Source: Lachnospiraceae bacterium (GTDB taxonomy: Bacteria; Bacillota; Clostridia; Lachnospirales; Lachnospiraceae). Taken from it: DNA of 64,000 bases. Of the stretch, positions 7,448 through 16,449 are shown piece after piece. Position 1 is the stretch's first letter. Each line of letters starts with the position of its first letter. The stretch lies in the NCBI GenBank assembly GCA_024698345.1, contig JAILRH010000187.1, positions 443-64,442 of the forward strand, in the 5' to 3' direction. Both the position numbers and the translations under genes were made by a program. The notes under the pieces were generated by a model that had not been told where the DNA came from, made no database searches, and saw only the letters and a program-made list of their open reading frames with translations.

Positions 7448-10400
7448 ATGGAATTTAGTATAGGGTTTCAGACGATTTCATTAGATTTTGCAGTGGTTGC
7501 GAACGAGAAAGGCTATGTATACTCAATTTTTGACAGATCCGCAATGATGGTAAGAAGCATGGCGGTTCAGGCATCATTCGATTCGGTAGCTATTGAAGGG
7601 AAAACCTATGGTGTTCCAAGAAATTCAGAAGGTGATAGTTACAAGACTAAAAGATACATTGAAAGGTTCGAAAGTGGTAGGGACAGAGTTTCATCAGCGC
7701 TTATAGTCAATGGAGCTATAGGTGAAAAAGTATTTTTGACTGATGATAAAGGTAAATATGATGATTTCTACAACTTTCTTATGAACAACTATACCTTACC
7801 GTTGCTTAAAGAGTGGTCGGGCTATCTTTATGATGGTCTTGTTCGTTCTTATTTTGTAAGTGAATACAGGAATGCTGTTATTGGTGAGAGACTTGAAAGA
7901 GAGATTACTCTTAATGGCAGAAATATTAGACTTGATGAAATGATTCTTGTTGATTGCAGCAGTCTTGATGAGGAATTTCTTAAGCGACAGGTAAGTACGG
8001 GACTTTCAAGTAAGAAGATTTGTATTACCGAGTTACCGGTTAAAAAACTTGAATTTGAAAATCTTGATGAGTATTACCAGAAGTATGGAAAGAATATCGT
8101 AGAAAACTTAGAAAGGGTTATCGATCCTTTGAATGAGATTGATGGCTATTGTCCGTATGTTGCTACAAAGTCGAAAAGACTTTTTCCGGCACAGGCTAAT
8201 GGTGTTAATGCTTATATTAAAAAGTTTGAAACATCAAATGGTGCCATAGCCAATATGGATATGGGTACTGGAAAAACACTGCAGGCGTTAACAACCTTTG
8301 ACGGCTTTTTTAATAAAAAGCAGATGAGTCAGGGGAAGACACTTAAACAGGTGATTGATGAAGATTGCGTTAATTATGTTGGTGCAGTCCTTTGTCCGTC
8401 GCATTTGGTTAGCAAATGGGTAAGTGAGGTCAGTGAATTGCCTAATGCTCACGCAGAAGCAGTTACTTCGTTGGCTCAGCTTATTAAGATTAACGAAAAC
8501 AGAAACTTATACAAAAAGGGAAAGCATATTTTTGTTTTCTCTAAAGATTTTGCAAAACTTGGGGATATGAGGGCGCCAATTCCTACTACGGTAAGTCGTG
8601 TGTTGAGAGCCCCTTATGTTCAGTATTGTGTTGATTGTCATAAGAATACTGGCAATTACAGGTACAGGCAGTTTGGTGACAGAGTATGTAGGCATTGTGG
8701 TGGAAATAATTGGAGAAAATCATTATCAAGAGAGGTGTCGGGTAATGCAGTTCTTTGTCCTCATTGTAATGAGGTTTTAATTAAGAACACAACTAAAAAG
8801 ATTGACAAAAACAGTTATCCGGAGATTCTTACTCCTGTTGATTTTTCAAGTGAAACTTCTGCTAACAGAAAATGTTACAACTGTTTAAATCCTCTTTGGG
8901 GAGCCCAGGTAAAAAATAAAGGAGACGGTTATAAATACAAGTGGAAAAAACTTGGATATTATACCAATAAAAGCCGAAAAGGAACGAGTACAGCTTGGAT
9001 TCTTGACGGTTTTAAGAGTAGCTTCATGTCAGTAAAGAACTTGAAAGAGGATGAAGTGTGGGAATCATCTAATATAGGTGTAAGAAAGTATTCGCCTGCA
9101 AGATATATTCAAAAACACATGAAAAACTTTTTTGACTTTTTTATTGCGGACGAAGCTCATATGTATGAATCATCATCTGCACAGGGACAGGCATTTGCTT
9201 CGCTTGCGAAAGTGTCAAAGAAGACTTTGGCACTTACAGGAACACTGACTAACGGTTATGCAAAAGGCTTGTTTTATCTGTTTTGGAGAATAATACCTCA
9301 GAAAATGGTTGATATGGGGTATGAATTTTATGGCAGAGATGGTGTAGGAAAGTGGAATTACACATATGGTGTTTTAGAGAAGAGAACTGAGTATACGGAA
9401 GAAGAACTTAAATACAATACTTCATCTCGCGGGAAAAAAGACTCTGGGATGTTTAAAGAAAGACCGGGTGTTTCACCGCGGCTTATGAAGGATTTTCTTT
9501 TAGAAGATGTAATTCAGTTACAGATTTCAGACTTGAGTGAGGGGCTGCCTGAACTTAAGGAAGAGATTGTGTCTGTTGAGCCTGAGAAAGAAGTAGTAAG
9601 TAGTCTTAATTCGCTTACGAATACACTTAAGAATTGGGCCAGCAATAATAAATGCCCTGCAATTAATATTGCAGCTTTAAGGTACCAGCTTTTTTATACC
9701 GATCAGCCGTATGACATACCACCAATATTAAGTCCTTTAACGAGGGGGGATATAGTAGCTGCACCGGATAATTATCCTGATTTGGTGGCAAATGGAGGTT
9801 TGTTAAAGAAGGAAATAAAACTTGTTGAAATCGTAAAGAAAGAGCTTGAGGAAGGAAGAAGATGTTATGTGTTTTTGGAAAATACAGGTAAATCGGAATT
9901 TTTCCTCTTAAAACGTATTAAAAAGGTTTTGGAAGAAAATGTTCCTTGTGCTAAGCCTCTCATTATGGAAGCCAATTCAACTTCTGCAAGTAAAAGAGAA
10001 GACTGGATGAAAAATAAGATTGAGAAGGAAAAGTACAATATTGTTATTTCTAACCCAAGACTTGTTGAAACAGGAATCGATTTTGTGTGGAAAGCAAAAA
10101 ACGGTGAGGGTTATAACATTCCAACAATTGTATTTTATCAGGTAGGTTGGTCGCTTGCTACTTTATGGCAGGCATCAAGAAGACACTACCGTTTGATACA
10201 GAAAGAACAGTGTCGTACATATTATATTGTGTGCGAAGGAACTATGCAGCTTGAATGTCTTCAGATGATGGCAGAAAAACAGGTTGCTGTGTCGGCCATT
10301 CAGGGCGGCGAGTTCTCATCAAGAGGACTTTCGTCTATGGCAAAAGGTGTTGACCCAAAGATTGAGCTGGCAAAAAGAATGCTCGCAGGTGAGCATTCAG

Positions 10401-10684
10401 ATGTGGATGATGTAAAGGAAATGTTTAAAAATATTTCCTTGAGTGGAAGCCGGTCATGGGATTGCAAACAGAATTTGTTGATTTCAGATATTACTACTAC
10501 TGTAGTAAAGACGGCAGAAAAACCAAGTTTGTTTGACGAATCTACATGGGGCGATGAATGGTTTGCATCGTTCTTTGGATCTATAAAAGAAGAATTTGAA
10601 AATGAAAAGAGTAAAAGCAAATCAAAGAAAAGAAAGGAGAAGAATAAACTCGAACAGTTAACACTCTTCGATTTATTCGAGTGA
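7448..10684 (+). CDS. SNF2-family helicase with zinc-ribbon insertions
   Basis: Motif I DMGTGKT, motif II FIADEAHMY, motif III LTGTLTNG, motif VI QASRRHYRLIQ. Four CxxC pairs (CVDCHK, CRHCGG, CPHCNE, CYNCLN). The ORF-track TTG 7427 lies inside the hairpin, so ATG 7448 is used. Confidence 0.85.
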   Translation: MEFSIGFQTISLDFAVVANEKGYVYSIFDRSAMMVRSMAVQASFDSVAIEGKTYGVPRNSEGDSYKTKRYIERFESGRDRVSSALIVNGAIGEKVFLTDDKGKYDDFYNFLMNNYTLPLLKEWSGYLYDGLVRSYFVSEYRNAVIGERLEREITLNGRNIRLDEMILVDCSSLDEEFLKRQVSTGLSSKKICITELPVKKLEFENLDEYYQKYGKNIVENLERVIDPLNEIDGYCPYVATKSKRLFPAQANGVNAYIKKFETSNGAIANMDMGTGKTLQALTTFDGFFNKKQMSQGKTLKQVIDEDCVNYVGAVLCPSHLVSKWVSEVSELPNAHAEAVTSLAQLIKINENRNLYKKGKHIFVFSKDFAKLGDMRAPIPTTVSRVLRAPYVQYCVDCHKNTGNYRYRQFGDRVCRHCGGNNWRKSLSREVSGNAVLCPHCNEVLIKNTTKKIDKNSYPEILTPVDFSSETSANRKCYNCLNPLWGAQVKNKGDGYKYKWKKLGYYTNKSRKGTSTAWILDGFKSSFMSVKNLKEDEVWESSNIGVRKYSPARYIQKHMKNFFDFFIADEAHMYESSSAQGQAFASLAKVSKKTLALTGTLTNGYAKGLFYLFWRIIPQKMVDMGYEFYGRDGVGKWNYTYGVLEKRTEYTEEELKYNTSSRGKKDSGMFKERPGVSPRLMKDFLLEDVIQLQISDLSEGLPELKEEIVSVEPEKEVVSSLNSLTNTLKNWASNNKCPAINIAALRYQLFYTDQPYDIPPILSPLTRGDIVAAPDNYPDLVANGGLLKKEIKLVEIVKKELEEGRRCYVFLENTGKSEFFLLKRIKKVLEENVPCAKPLIMEANSTSASKREDWMKNKIEKEKYNIVISNPRLVETGIDFVWKAKNGEGYNIPTIVFYQVGWSLATLWQASRRHYRLIQKEQCRTYYIVCEGTMQLECLQMMAEKQVAVSAIQGGEFSSRGLSSMAKGVDPKIELAKRMLAGEHSDVDDVKEMFKNISLSGSRSWDCKQNLLISDITTTVVKTAEKPSLFDESTWGDEWFASFFGSIKEEFENEKSKSKSKKRKEKNKLEQLTLFDLFE

Positions 10685-11847
10685 TTATTATGAAGATGAA
10701 GATGAATGATATGGTGAATGCAGTTAATAAAGTTTCAGTAACAAAGGCAGATATAACAATGAATTGTAAAGAAGGGGCGGTAATTCTTGCATCAACTGAT
10801 GTTGCATCTGGAATTGAGGTTCAGAGCAGATTTGGTGCAACAGATGTTAAAGAGGAAAAAGTCTTTTATCTCCCATGTTCAATCAAGGAAGGGCTTGTGG
10901 CTCTTTCTTCGGCTGGAGATGAAGTGGCAATTGAGGAACTTACAGGTTCAGTTAAATTTTTAGCAGGACAGGCGGATATTTCGGTTGGTAAGCTTGCAGA
11001 GCAGCCCGCAGGAATTCTTGTGGGTGAACCTTATGCAGCTTATCAGTTTTCCGGTAAAGAGTTTGTTAATGCGATGAATGTGATAAGCAGTGTTGCCAGA
11101 AAAGGCGGAGAAACATTTACATGCTGTTATTGCTTGATTAAAGGCGATACTTTGGAAGTGTTTGGTACTGATGGTAACAGAATGGTTAAGAACAAAATGA
11201 GAGTTTTGCAGCAGCAGATTAGAGATGATAAAGCATTTATTGATTCAACAGTTATTGTTTACGATAAGGATACGCAGAATCTTGGCTTTGCTATAGATCA
11301 TGAAATTTGGAAAAAAATTTCTTCTGCTTGCAGTCCTGAGTTTGTTCAGCTTTACGTTTGTGAAAAGCAGGTAAGACTTTCATGGAAAGACTCAGTTTTT
11401 GTATTGCCATTGTATGACACAGACAAATTAATATCTATAAATGGAGTTTGTGACTCTACATGTGAAGAAAAAGATGGTGATGTAGTGTTCGAACTGAATA
11501 TTGCTGACTTCTATAATGCAGTTAACATTGTATCAGTTGTCAATGAGGACAAGCGTGTATCTCTTAAGGCAAAAGGTAAAAATCTTACAGTTAAGTCATT
11601 GAATGGAAGTGCTAAGCTTGCTATTAATGATGTGGGCGAAGGATTTAGCGGTGATTATAATGTTGATTATTTGAAGGAACATCTTAGTTTTATAAAGTCA
11701 ACGGAAAAAACCGCAGTAAAGGTGGCCACTTCAAACAAATGTATGATTTCGTTAGATGCGTTATTAGATTATACTTATGGGTCTGATAATGGAGAAGTTG
11801 TGCAGCAGGTTGAAGTTGTGCAGGCTATTATGCCAGTAAAAGAATAA
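10681..11847 (+). CDS. dnaN: DNA polymerase III beta sliding clamp-like protein
   Basis: About 385 aa. LASTDVASG (cf. LTGTDLEME), VFGTDGNRMV (cf. VATDGHRLA), YNVDYLKEHL (cf. FNVSYVLDVL), C-terminal AIMPVKE (cf. VVMPMRL). GTG 10681 overlaps the upstream stop (GTGA); alternative ATG at 10690. Confidence 0.75.
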   Translation: MIIMKMKMNDMVNAVNKVSVTKADITMNCKEGAVILASTDVASGIEVQSRFGATDVKEEKVFYLPCSIKEGLVALSSAGDEVAIEELTGSVKFLAGQADISVGKLAEQPAGILVGEPYAAYQFSGKEFVNAMNVISSVARKGGETFTCCYCLIKGDTLEVFGTDGNRMVKNKMRVLQQQIRDDKAFIDSTVIVYDKDTQNLGFAIDHEIWKKISSACSPEFVQLYVCEKQVRLSWKDSVFVLPLYDTDKLISINGVCDSTCEEKDGDVVFELNIADFYNAVNIVSVVNEDKRVSLKAKGKNLTVKSLNGSAKLAINDVGEGFSGDYNVDYLKEHLSFIKSTEKTAVKVATSNKCMISLDALLDYTYGSDNGEVVQQVEVVQAIMPVKE

Positions 11848-11866
11848 GGCTTGTCAAGAAGTTAAT

Positions 11867-11902
11867 ATCACAGTTGTACATATTGTGCAACTGTGATACA
11901 AT
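11867..11902 (+). promoter_or_regulatory. promoter overlapped by 14-bp-arm palindromic operator
   Basis: ATCACAGTTGTACA (11867-11880) TAT TGTGCAACTGTGAT (11884-11897), one T-G mismatch. TTGTAC 11874-11879, 17 nt, TGaTACAAT 11894-11902. Confidence 0.5.
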
Positions 11903-11925
11903 ATAAAAAGAAAGGAGGAAAGCGT

Positions 11926-12351
11926 ATGGCAGAATTTTTTTCGGGACGCTGTGATGCGGAAACAAAAAGACGTTTTAGCGACTTGTTTGACGAAGAAGAG
12001 TTGTCTTTTGGCGATAAAATTAATATAATGCTTGACAGTTATGAAGAGTTGCATAAAAATCATCATCCTGATCCAATAGGTTTGAAAGTGTCTATGAATT
12101 CGATGAAGAGAAGTTTTGAAAATTCACTTCTTCAATTAGATGAAATGGAACGTTTGTATAATACTTTTGCAAATAAACTTTCAGATGTTGCTAATGTATC
12201 GGAGCTTAAGGCTGAGAATAAGGCTATAAAGTCCGAAAATGCAAAACTACGTCAGGAGTGCAATTCGCTTAAAAATGAATTAAAAAAATGTGAAGCAGAA
12301 TATAAAGATGCTGTACGTGCACTGATTTCGCTTGAGCAAAAGATTAAGTGA
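11926..12351 (+). CDS. coiled-coil protein, possible ribbon-helix-helix-like N-terminus
   Basis: ATG 11926 follows AAGGAGGA. The C-terminal two thirds are heptad-like (KAENKAIKSENAKLRQECNSLKNELKKCEAEYK). Confidence 0.55.
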   Translation: MAEFFSGRCDAETKRRFSDLFDEEELSFGDKINIMLDSYEELHKNHHPDPIGLKVSMNSMKRSFENSLLQLDEMERLYNTFANKLSDVANVSELKAENKAIKSENAKLRQECNSLKNELKKCEAEYKDAVRALISLEQKIK

Positions 12352-12372
12352 AACGGTGATTAGATAAAAATT

Positions 12373-12828
12373 ATGAATAAGGTTATTTTAATGGGTCGAT
12401 TAACTAGAGACCCTGAAATTAGATATTCTCAGTCGGGAGATGGCCAGTTGGCAATTGCCAGATATACATTAGCCGTTGACCGCAGATTTAAAAGAGATGG
12501 TGATCAGCAGACAGCAGATTTCATTTCATGTATTGCATTTGGCAAACAGGGAGAATTTGCTGAGAAGTACTTACATCAGGGAACAAAGATGGTTGTCGAG
12601 GGAAGAATCCAGACAGGCAACTATACAAATAAAGAAGGCCAAAAAGTATATACAACAGATGTTGTGGTTGAAAACTCGGAATTTGCAGAGAGTAAAGCTT
12701 CAGCATCGAGTGTTGGAGTAAGTGTAGGTTTTAAGGGACAGACACCTCCGCAGCCAACATCAAATGTTGGTGATGGCTTCATGAATATACCAGATGGTGT
12801 AGAGGACGAAGGATTACCTTTCAATTAA
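12373..12828 (+). CDS. ssb: single-stranded DNA-binding protein
   Basis: MNKVILMGRLTRDPEIRY OB-fold start, Gly/Pro/Gln-rich linker, acidic tail DEGLPFN. Confidence 0.9.
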   Translation: MNKVILMGRLTRDPEIRYSQSGDGQLAIARYTLAVDRRFKRDGDQQTADFISCIAFGKQGEFAEKYLHQGTKMVVEGRIQTGNYTNKEGQKVYTTDVVVENSEFAESKASASSVGVSVGFKGQTPPQPTSNVGDGFMNIPDGVEDEGLPFN

Positions 12829-12834
12829 TAATTA

Positions 12835-12860
12835 GCCTCGCATTTGCGGGGCTTTTTTTT
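12835..12860 (+). terminator. intrinsic terminator after ssb
   Basis: GCCTCGC ATTT GCGGGGC stem-loop followed by T8. Confidence 0.8.
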
Positions 12861-12863
12861 ATG

Positions 12864-12872
12864 TGGTATAAT
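12864..12872 (+). promoter_or_regulatory. candidate extended -10 for cas12a
   Basis: TGgTATAAT immediately after the ssb terminator; -35-like TTGCGG lies in the terminator stem 17 nt upstream. Confidence 0.4.
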
Positions 12873-12921
12873 TTTTGAGAAAATAAGATGTTAAGAAAGA
12901 TAAATATCATTGGAGGTAAGG

Positions 12922-15900
12922 ATGGGGAGTAATCTTGATCTTTTTAGGAATAGAACAATACAAACAAAAACGATTTGTCAAAAATTAATCCCAATGGGTA
13001 AAACGAGGGAAACAATTGAAAAATACAATCTTATGGAAATTGACAGAAAAATAGCAGAAAATAAGGAACTGATGAACAAGCTGTTCAGTCTTATAGCAGG
13101 CAAGCATATAAATGATACACTTGCTAAATGTACTGATTTGAATTTTATTCCAATATTTGAGGGAATTACGGCACTAAATCAAGCAAAAGAGAACAATAGA
13201 GATAATTTGAGAGATTACTATGATACTGTTTTCGAAGCGAGAAAAAGTGTAGCAGAAGAAATTTCATCAAGATTAATAGAGTTGAAGTTTGCGGGAAAAG
13301 ATTTCTTCACTAAGATTATTCCTGATTTCTTGGAAAAATATAATGGTAAAGATAAAAATGAAATGAGTGAACTTGTATCGTTAGTAGTTGAAAATACCGC
13401 AACTGCTGGGTATGTAAAAAAACTCGAGAAAATAGATAATTCAATGGGTGTAAAATTGGTATCTGGGACAGTTGTAAAGAGGGTATTGACGGATAATACA
13501 GATATTTACGAAAAAAATATTGCACATACTAGAAATTTTGACTATGGAGTATTGCAAATTGAAGAATCAACTCAGTTTATGACTTTAGATTGGAAAGATT
13601 ATTCAAATTATATAACAGCTGATGGAATAGCTTTATATAATGCCATTATTGGAAAAATCAACCTTGCACTTAATGAATACTGCCAAAAGAATAAGGAATA
13701 TTCTTTTAATAAGTTGGCTCTTTTACCATTGCAAAAGATGTTGTACGGAGAAAAAACGAGTCTTTTTGAAAAATTGGAAGATTTTAGCTCTGATGATGAA
13801 CTTATAAACGCATATAACTCATTTATAAAAACAGTAAATGATTGTAAAATTGCTGAGAATATCAAAAAGACCATACCTTCTTATGATGAAATTATGATTA
13901 AGACTAACAAAATCAATTATTATTCTAATGTTATTACTGGTCAATGGTCAGCTGTTAATAGAGCCATGAAAGACTTTTTGGAAGATAATGGAATTAAAAA
14001 TGCCGATAAATATATGGAAAAAGGACTTACAGCATCAGAAATAGAAGATGCTTTGGAACATAAGAATATTAAACACACAGATTTTATATCAAATCTTATT
14101 ACAGATTTAGGTCATACTTATGCAGAAATTAAAGAAAATAAGGAATCGCTGAAAAAAGATGATTCCTTAAATTCAGTAATAATAAAAAAAGAATTGGATA
14201 AGTTGCTTTCAGTATTGCAAAACTTAAAGGTATTGGATGTGGATAATGAGATTTTTGATACAGGTTTTGGAATTGAGGTTTCTAAAACAATTGAAGTTTT
14301 GGGATTTGGTGTTCCTCTGTACAATAAAATTAGAAATTATATTACAAGGAAACCTGATCCAAAGAAAAAGTTTTTGACAAAATTTGGTTCAGCAACTATT
14401 GGAACAGGTTTAACAACAAGTGTTGAGGGTTCAAAAAGGGCAACGTTCATAAAAGATGGTGATGCTGTATTTCTTCTCTTATATAACGGCTATGGATGTA
14501 AAGCAAACAATATATCTGTAAGCAACCTTGCTGCGATTATTAATTCCGAACTTAGAGATACTAATAATGGCAATTCATATCAGAAGATGATATATCAGAC
14601 ACCTGGGGATATTAAAAAACAGATTCCAAGAGTGTTCGTTTACAAGTCTGAGGATGAAGAGTTGATTAAAGACTTCAAAGCAAAACTTCATAAAACGGAT
14701 TTATCATTTTTAAATGAAAGATTAATCCCTTATCTTAAAGAAGCCTTCGCAAATCATGAAACTTATAAGAATTATAAATTTAGCTATAAAAACAGTTATG
14801 AGTCATATGATGAATTTTGTGAGCATATGTCAGAACAGGCATATATCCTTGAATGGCAATGGATTGACAAGAAACTAATTGATGACTTGGTTGAAGATGG
14901 CTCTCTTTTGATGTTCAGAGTATGGAATAGATTTATGAAGAAAAAGGACGGGAAAATAAGCAAACATGCTAAAATTATAAACGAGCTTTTCTCTGAGAGA
15001 AACACATCAAATGCAGCAATTAAGCTGTTAAGTGTGTTTGATATTTTCTATCGAGATAAACAGATTGATAATCCTATCGTACATAAGGCTGGTTCTACTC
15101 TTTATAACAAGAGATCGAAGGACGGAGAAGTAATCTCTGATTATTCTTCAATGGTTAAGAATAAAGAAAAAAGAGAAAACGTTTATACTACAACTAAAAA
15201 GTACGATATAATCAAAGATAGAAGATATACTGAAGAGCAATTTGAATTACATATCCATGTTCAACTTGGAAAAGAAGAGAATAAAGAGATCCTTGAAACT
15301 TCAAAACTTATAAACGAAAAAAAGAATACTTTAGTAGTGACAAGAAGTAATGAGCATTTGCTTTATGCAGTAGTGTTTGACGAAAATGATAATATTCTTC
15401 TCAAAAAATCATTAAATACAGTTAAGGGTATGAACTTTAAATCAAAACTTGAAGCAGTAGAGATTCAGAAAAAGGAAAATATGCAGAGCTGGAAGACAGT
15501 TGGCAGTAATCATGCATTAATGGAAGGTTATCTTTCTTTCGCAATAAAGGAAATTGCTGATTTGATTAAGGAATATGATGCAATTCTTGTTTTAGAACAG
15601 AATTCTATTGGTAAAAATCTTCTTAACGAGCGTGTTTATACAAGATTTAAGGAGATGCTTCTTACTAACTTGTCATTGGATATAGATTACGTGAACAATG
15701 ACTTTTATTCATATACGGAAGTTGGGCAAAAGGTTAGTTCTTGGAGAGATTCTGTAACTAATGGAATCTGTATTCAGGTACCATCTGCTTATAAGTATAA
15801 GGACCCGACAACTACTTATTCTCCGGTAAGTATGTATGCAAAAACAACAGCAGAAAAAACTAAAAAACTCAAGCAAATCAAATCATTTAAGTATAATCGA

Positions 15901-16335
15901 GAAAAAGGTTTGTTTGAATTGGTTATTGCAAAAGGAGTAGGGCTTGAGAATAACATTGTATGTGATTCCTTTGGAGCAAGAAGTACTATTGAGAATGATA
16001 TCGCCAAAGAAGTAAACTGCACCATTAAGATTGAAAAATATCTCATTGATGCAGGTATCGAATACAATGATGAAGGGGAAATACTGAAAGAACTTGATAC
16101 TGCAACAAAGACAGATGCAGTTCATAAGGCGATATCTTTATTATTAAAGTGCTTTAATGACGAAGCAGGTGGAAGATATTACATATCGCCTTGTGGAGAA
16201 CACTTTACTTTATATGATACCCCTGAAGTATTATCTGCAATCAACTATTACATACGAAGTCAATACATAAGGAGACAGATTGTAGAAGGTGTAAAAAAAG
16301 TAGACTACAAGAAAATAATTCTACTTGCAGGATAA
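12922..16335 (+). CDS. cas12a: Cas12a (Cpf1)-family type V-A effector with substituted RuvC-I/Nuc residues
   Basis: ATG 12922 lies 5 nt after GGAGG. KTICQKLIPMGKT N-terminus; WED His/Lys/Lys triad region; RuvC-II AILVLEQ. RuvC-I reads LVVTRSNEHLLY instead of IGIDRGERNLLY. A canonical Cas12a-type repeat array follows immediately downstream. Confidence 0.9.
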   Translation: MGSNLDLFRNRTIQTKTICQKLIPMGKTRETIEKYNLMEIDRKIAENKELMNKLFSLIAGKHINDTLAKCTDLNFIPIFEGITALNQAKENNRDNLRDYYDTVFEARKSVAEEISSRLIELKFAGKDFFTKIIPDFLEKYNGKDKNEMSELVSLVVENTATAGYVKKLEKIDNSMGVKLVSGTVVKRVLTDNTDIYEKNIAHTRNFDYGVLQIEESTQFMTLDWKDYSNYITADGIALYNAIIGKINLALNEYCQKNKEYSFNKLALLPLQKMLYGEKTSLFEKLEDFSSDDELINAYNSFIKTVNDCKIAENIKKTIPSYDEIMIKTNKINYYSNVITGQWSAVNRAMKDFLEDNGIKNADKYMEKGLTASEIEDALEHKNIKHTDFISNLITDLGHTYAEIKENKESLKKDDSLNSVIIKKELDKLLSVLQNLKVLDVDNEIFDTGFGIEVSKTIEVLGFGVPLYNKIRNYITRKPDPKKKFLTKFGSATIGTGLTTSVEGSKRATFIKDGDAVFLLLYNGYGCKANNISVSNLAAIINSELRDTNNGNSYQKMIYQTPGDIKKQIPRVFVYKSEDEELIKDFKAKLHKTDLSFLNERLIPYLKEAFANHETYKNYKFSYKNSYESYDEFCEHMSEQAYILEWQWIDKKLIDDLVEDGSLLMFRVWNRFMKKKDGKISKHAKIINELFSERNTSNAAIKLLSVFDIFYRDKQIDNPIVHKAGSTLYNKRSKDGEVISDYSSMVKNKEKRENVYTTTKKYDIIKDRRYTEEQFELHIHVQLGKEENKEILETSKLINEKKNTLVVTRSNEHLLYAVVFDENDNILLKKSLNTVKGMNFKSKLEAVEIQKKENMQSWKTVGSNHALMEGYLSFAIKEIADLIKEYDAILVLEQNSIGKNLLNERVYTRFKEMLLTNLSLDIDYVNNDFYSYTEVGQKVSSWRDSVTNGICIQVPSAYKYKDPTTTYSPVSMYAKTTAEKTKKLKQIKSFKYNREKGLFELVIAKGVGLENNIVCDSFGARSTIENDIAKEVNCTIKIEKYLIDAGIEYNDEGEILKELDTATKTDAVHKAISLLLKCFNDEAGGRYYISPCGEHFTLYDTPEVLSAINYYIRSQYIRRQIVEGVKKVDYKKIILLAG

Positions 16336-16449
16336 ACAATCCTCAGTCTTGATGAGGGAGGAATAGAATTGTATATGTTAAAATGTACAAGTATGAGCTT
16401 TATTGATTATTAGATGATGTAATATTTTGTGCATTTTGACAATATACGA

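Noticed and set aside
12922-16335. Alternative identities for the effector: Cas12a2 (RNA-triggered abortive infection) or Cas12k/CAST
   Set aside because: Cas12a2 needs an active RuvC, whereas here the RuvC-I Asp is Thr. No Tn7-like tnsB/tnsC/tniQ genes or transposon ends are nearby, and the protein aligns to Cas12a through the REC, WED and PI regions.
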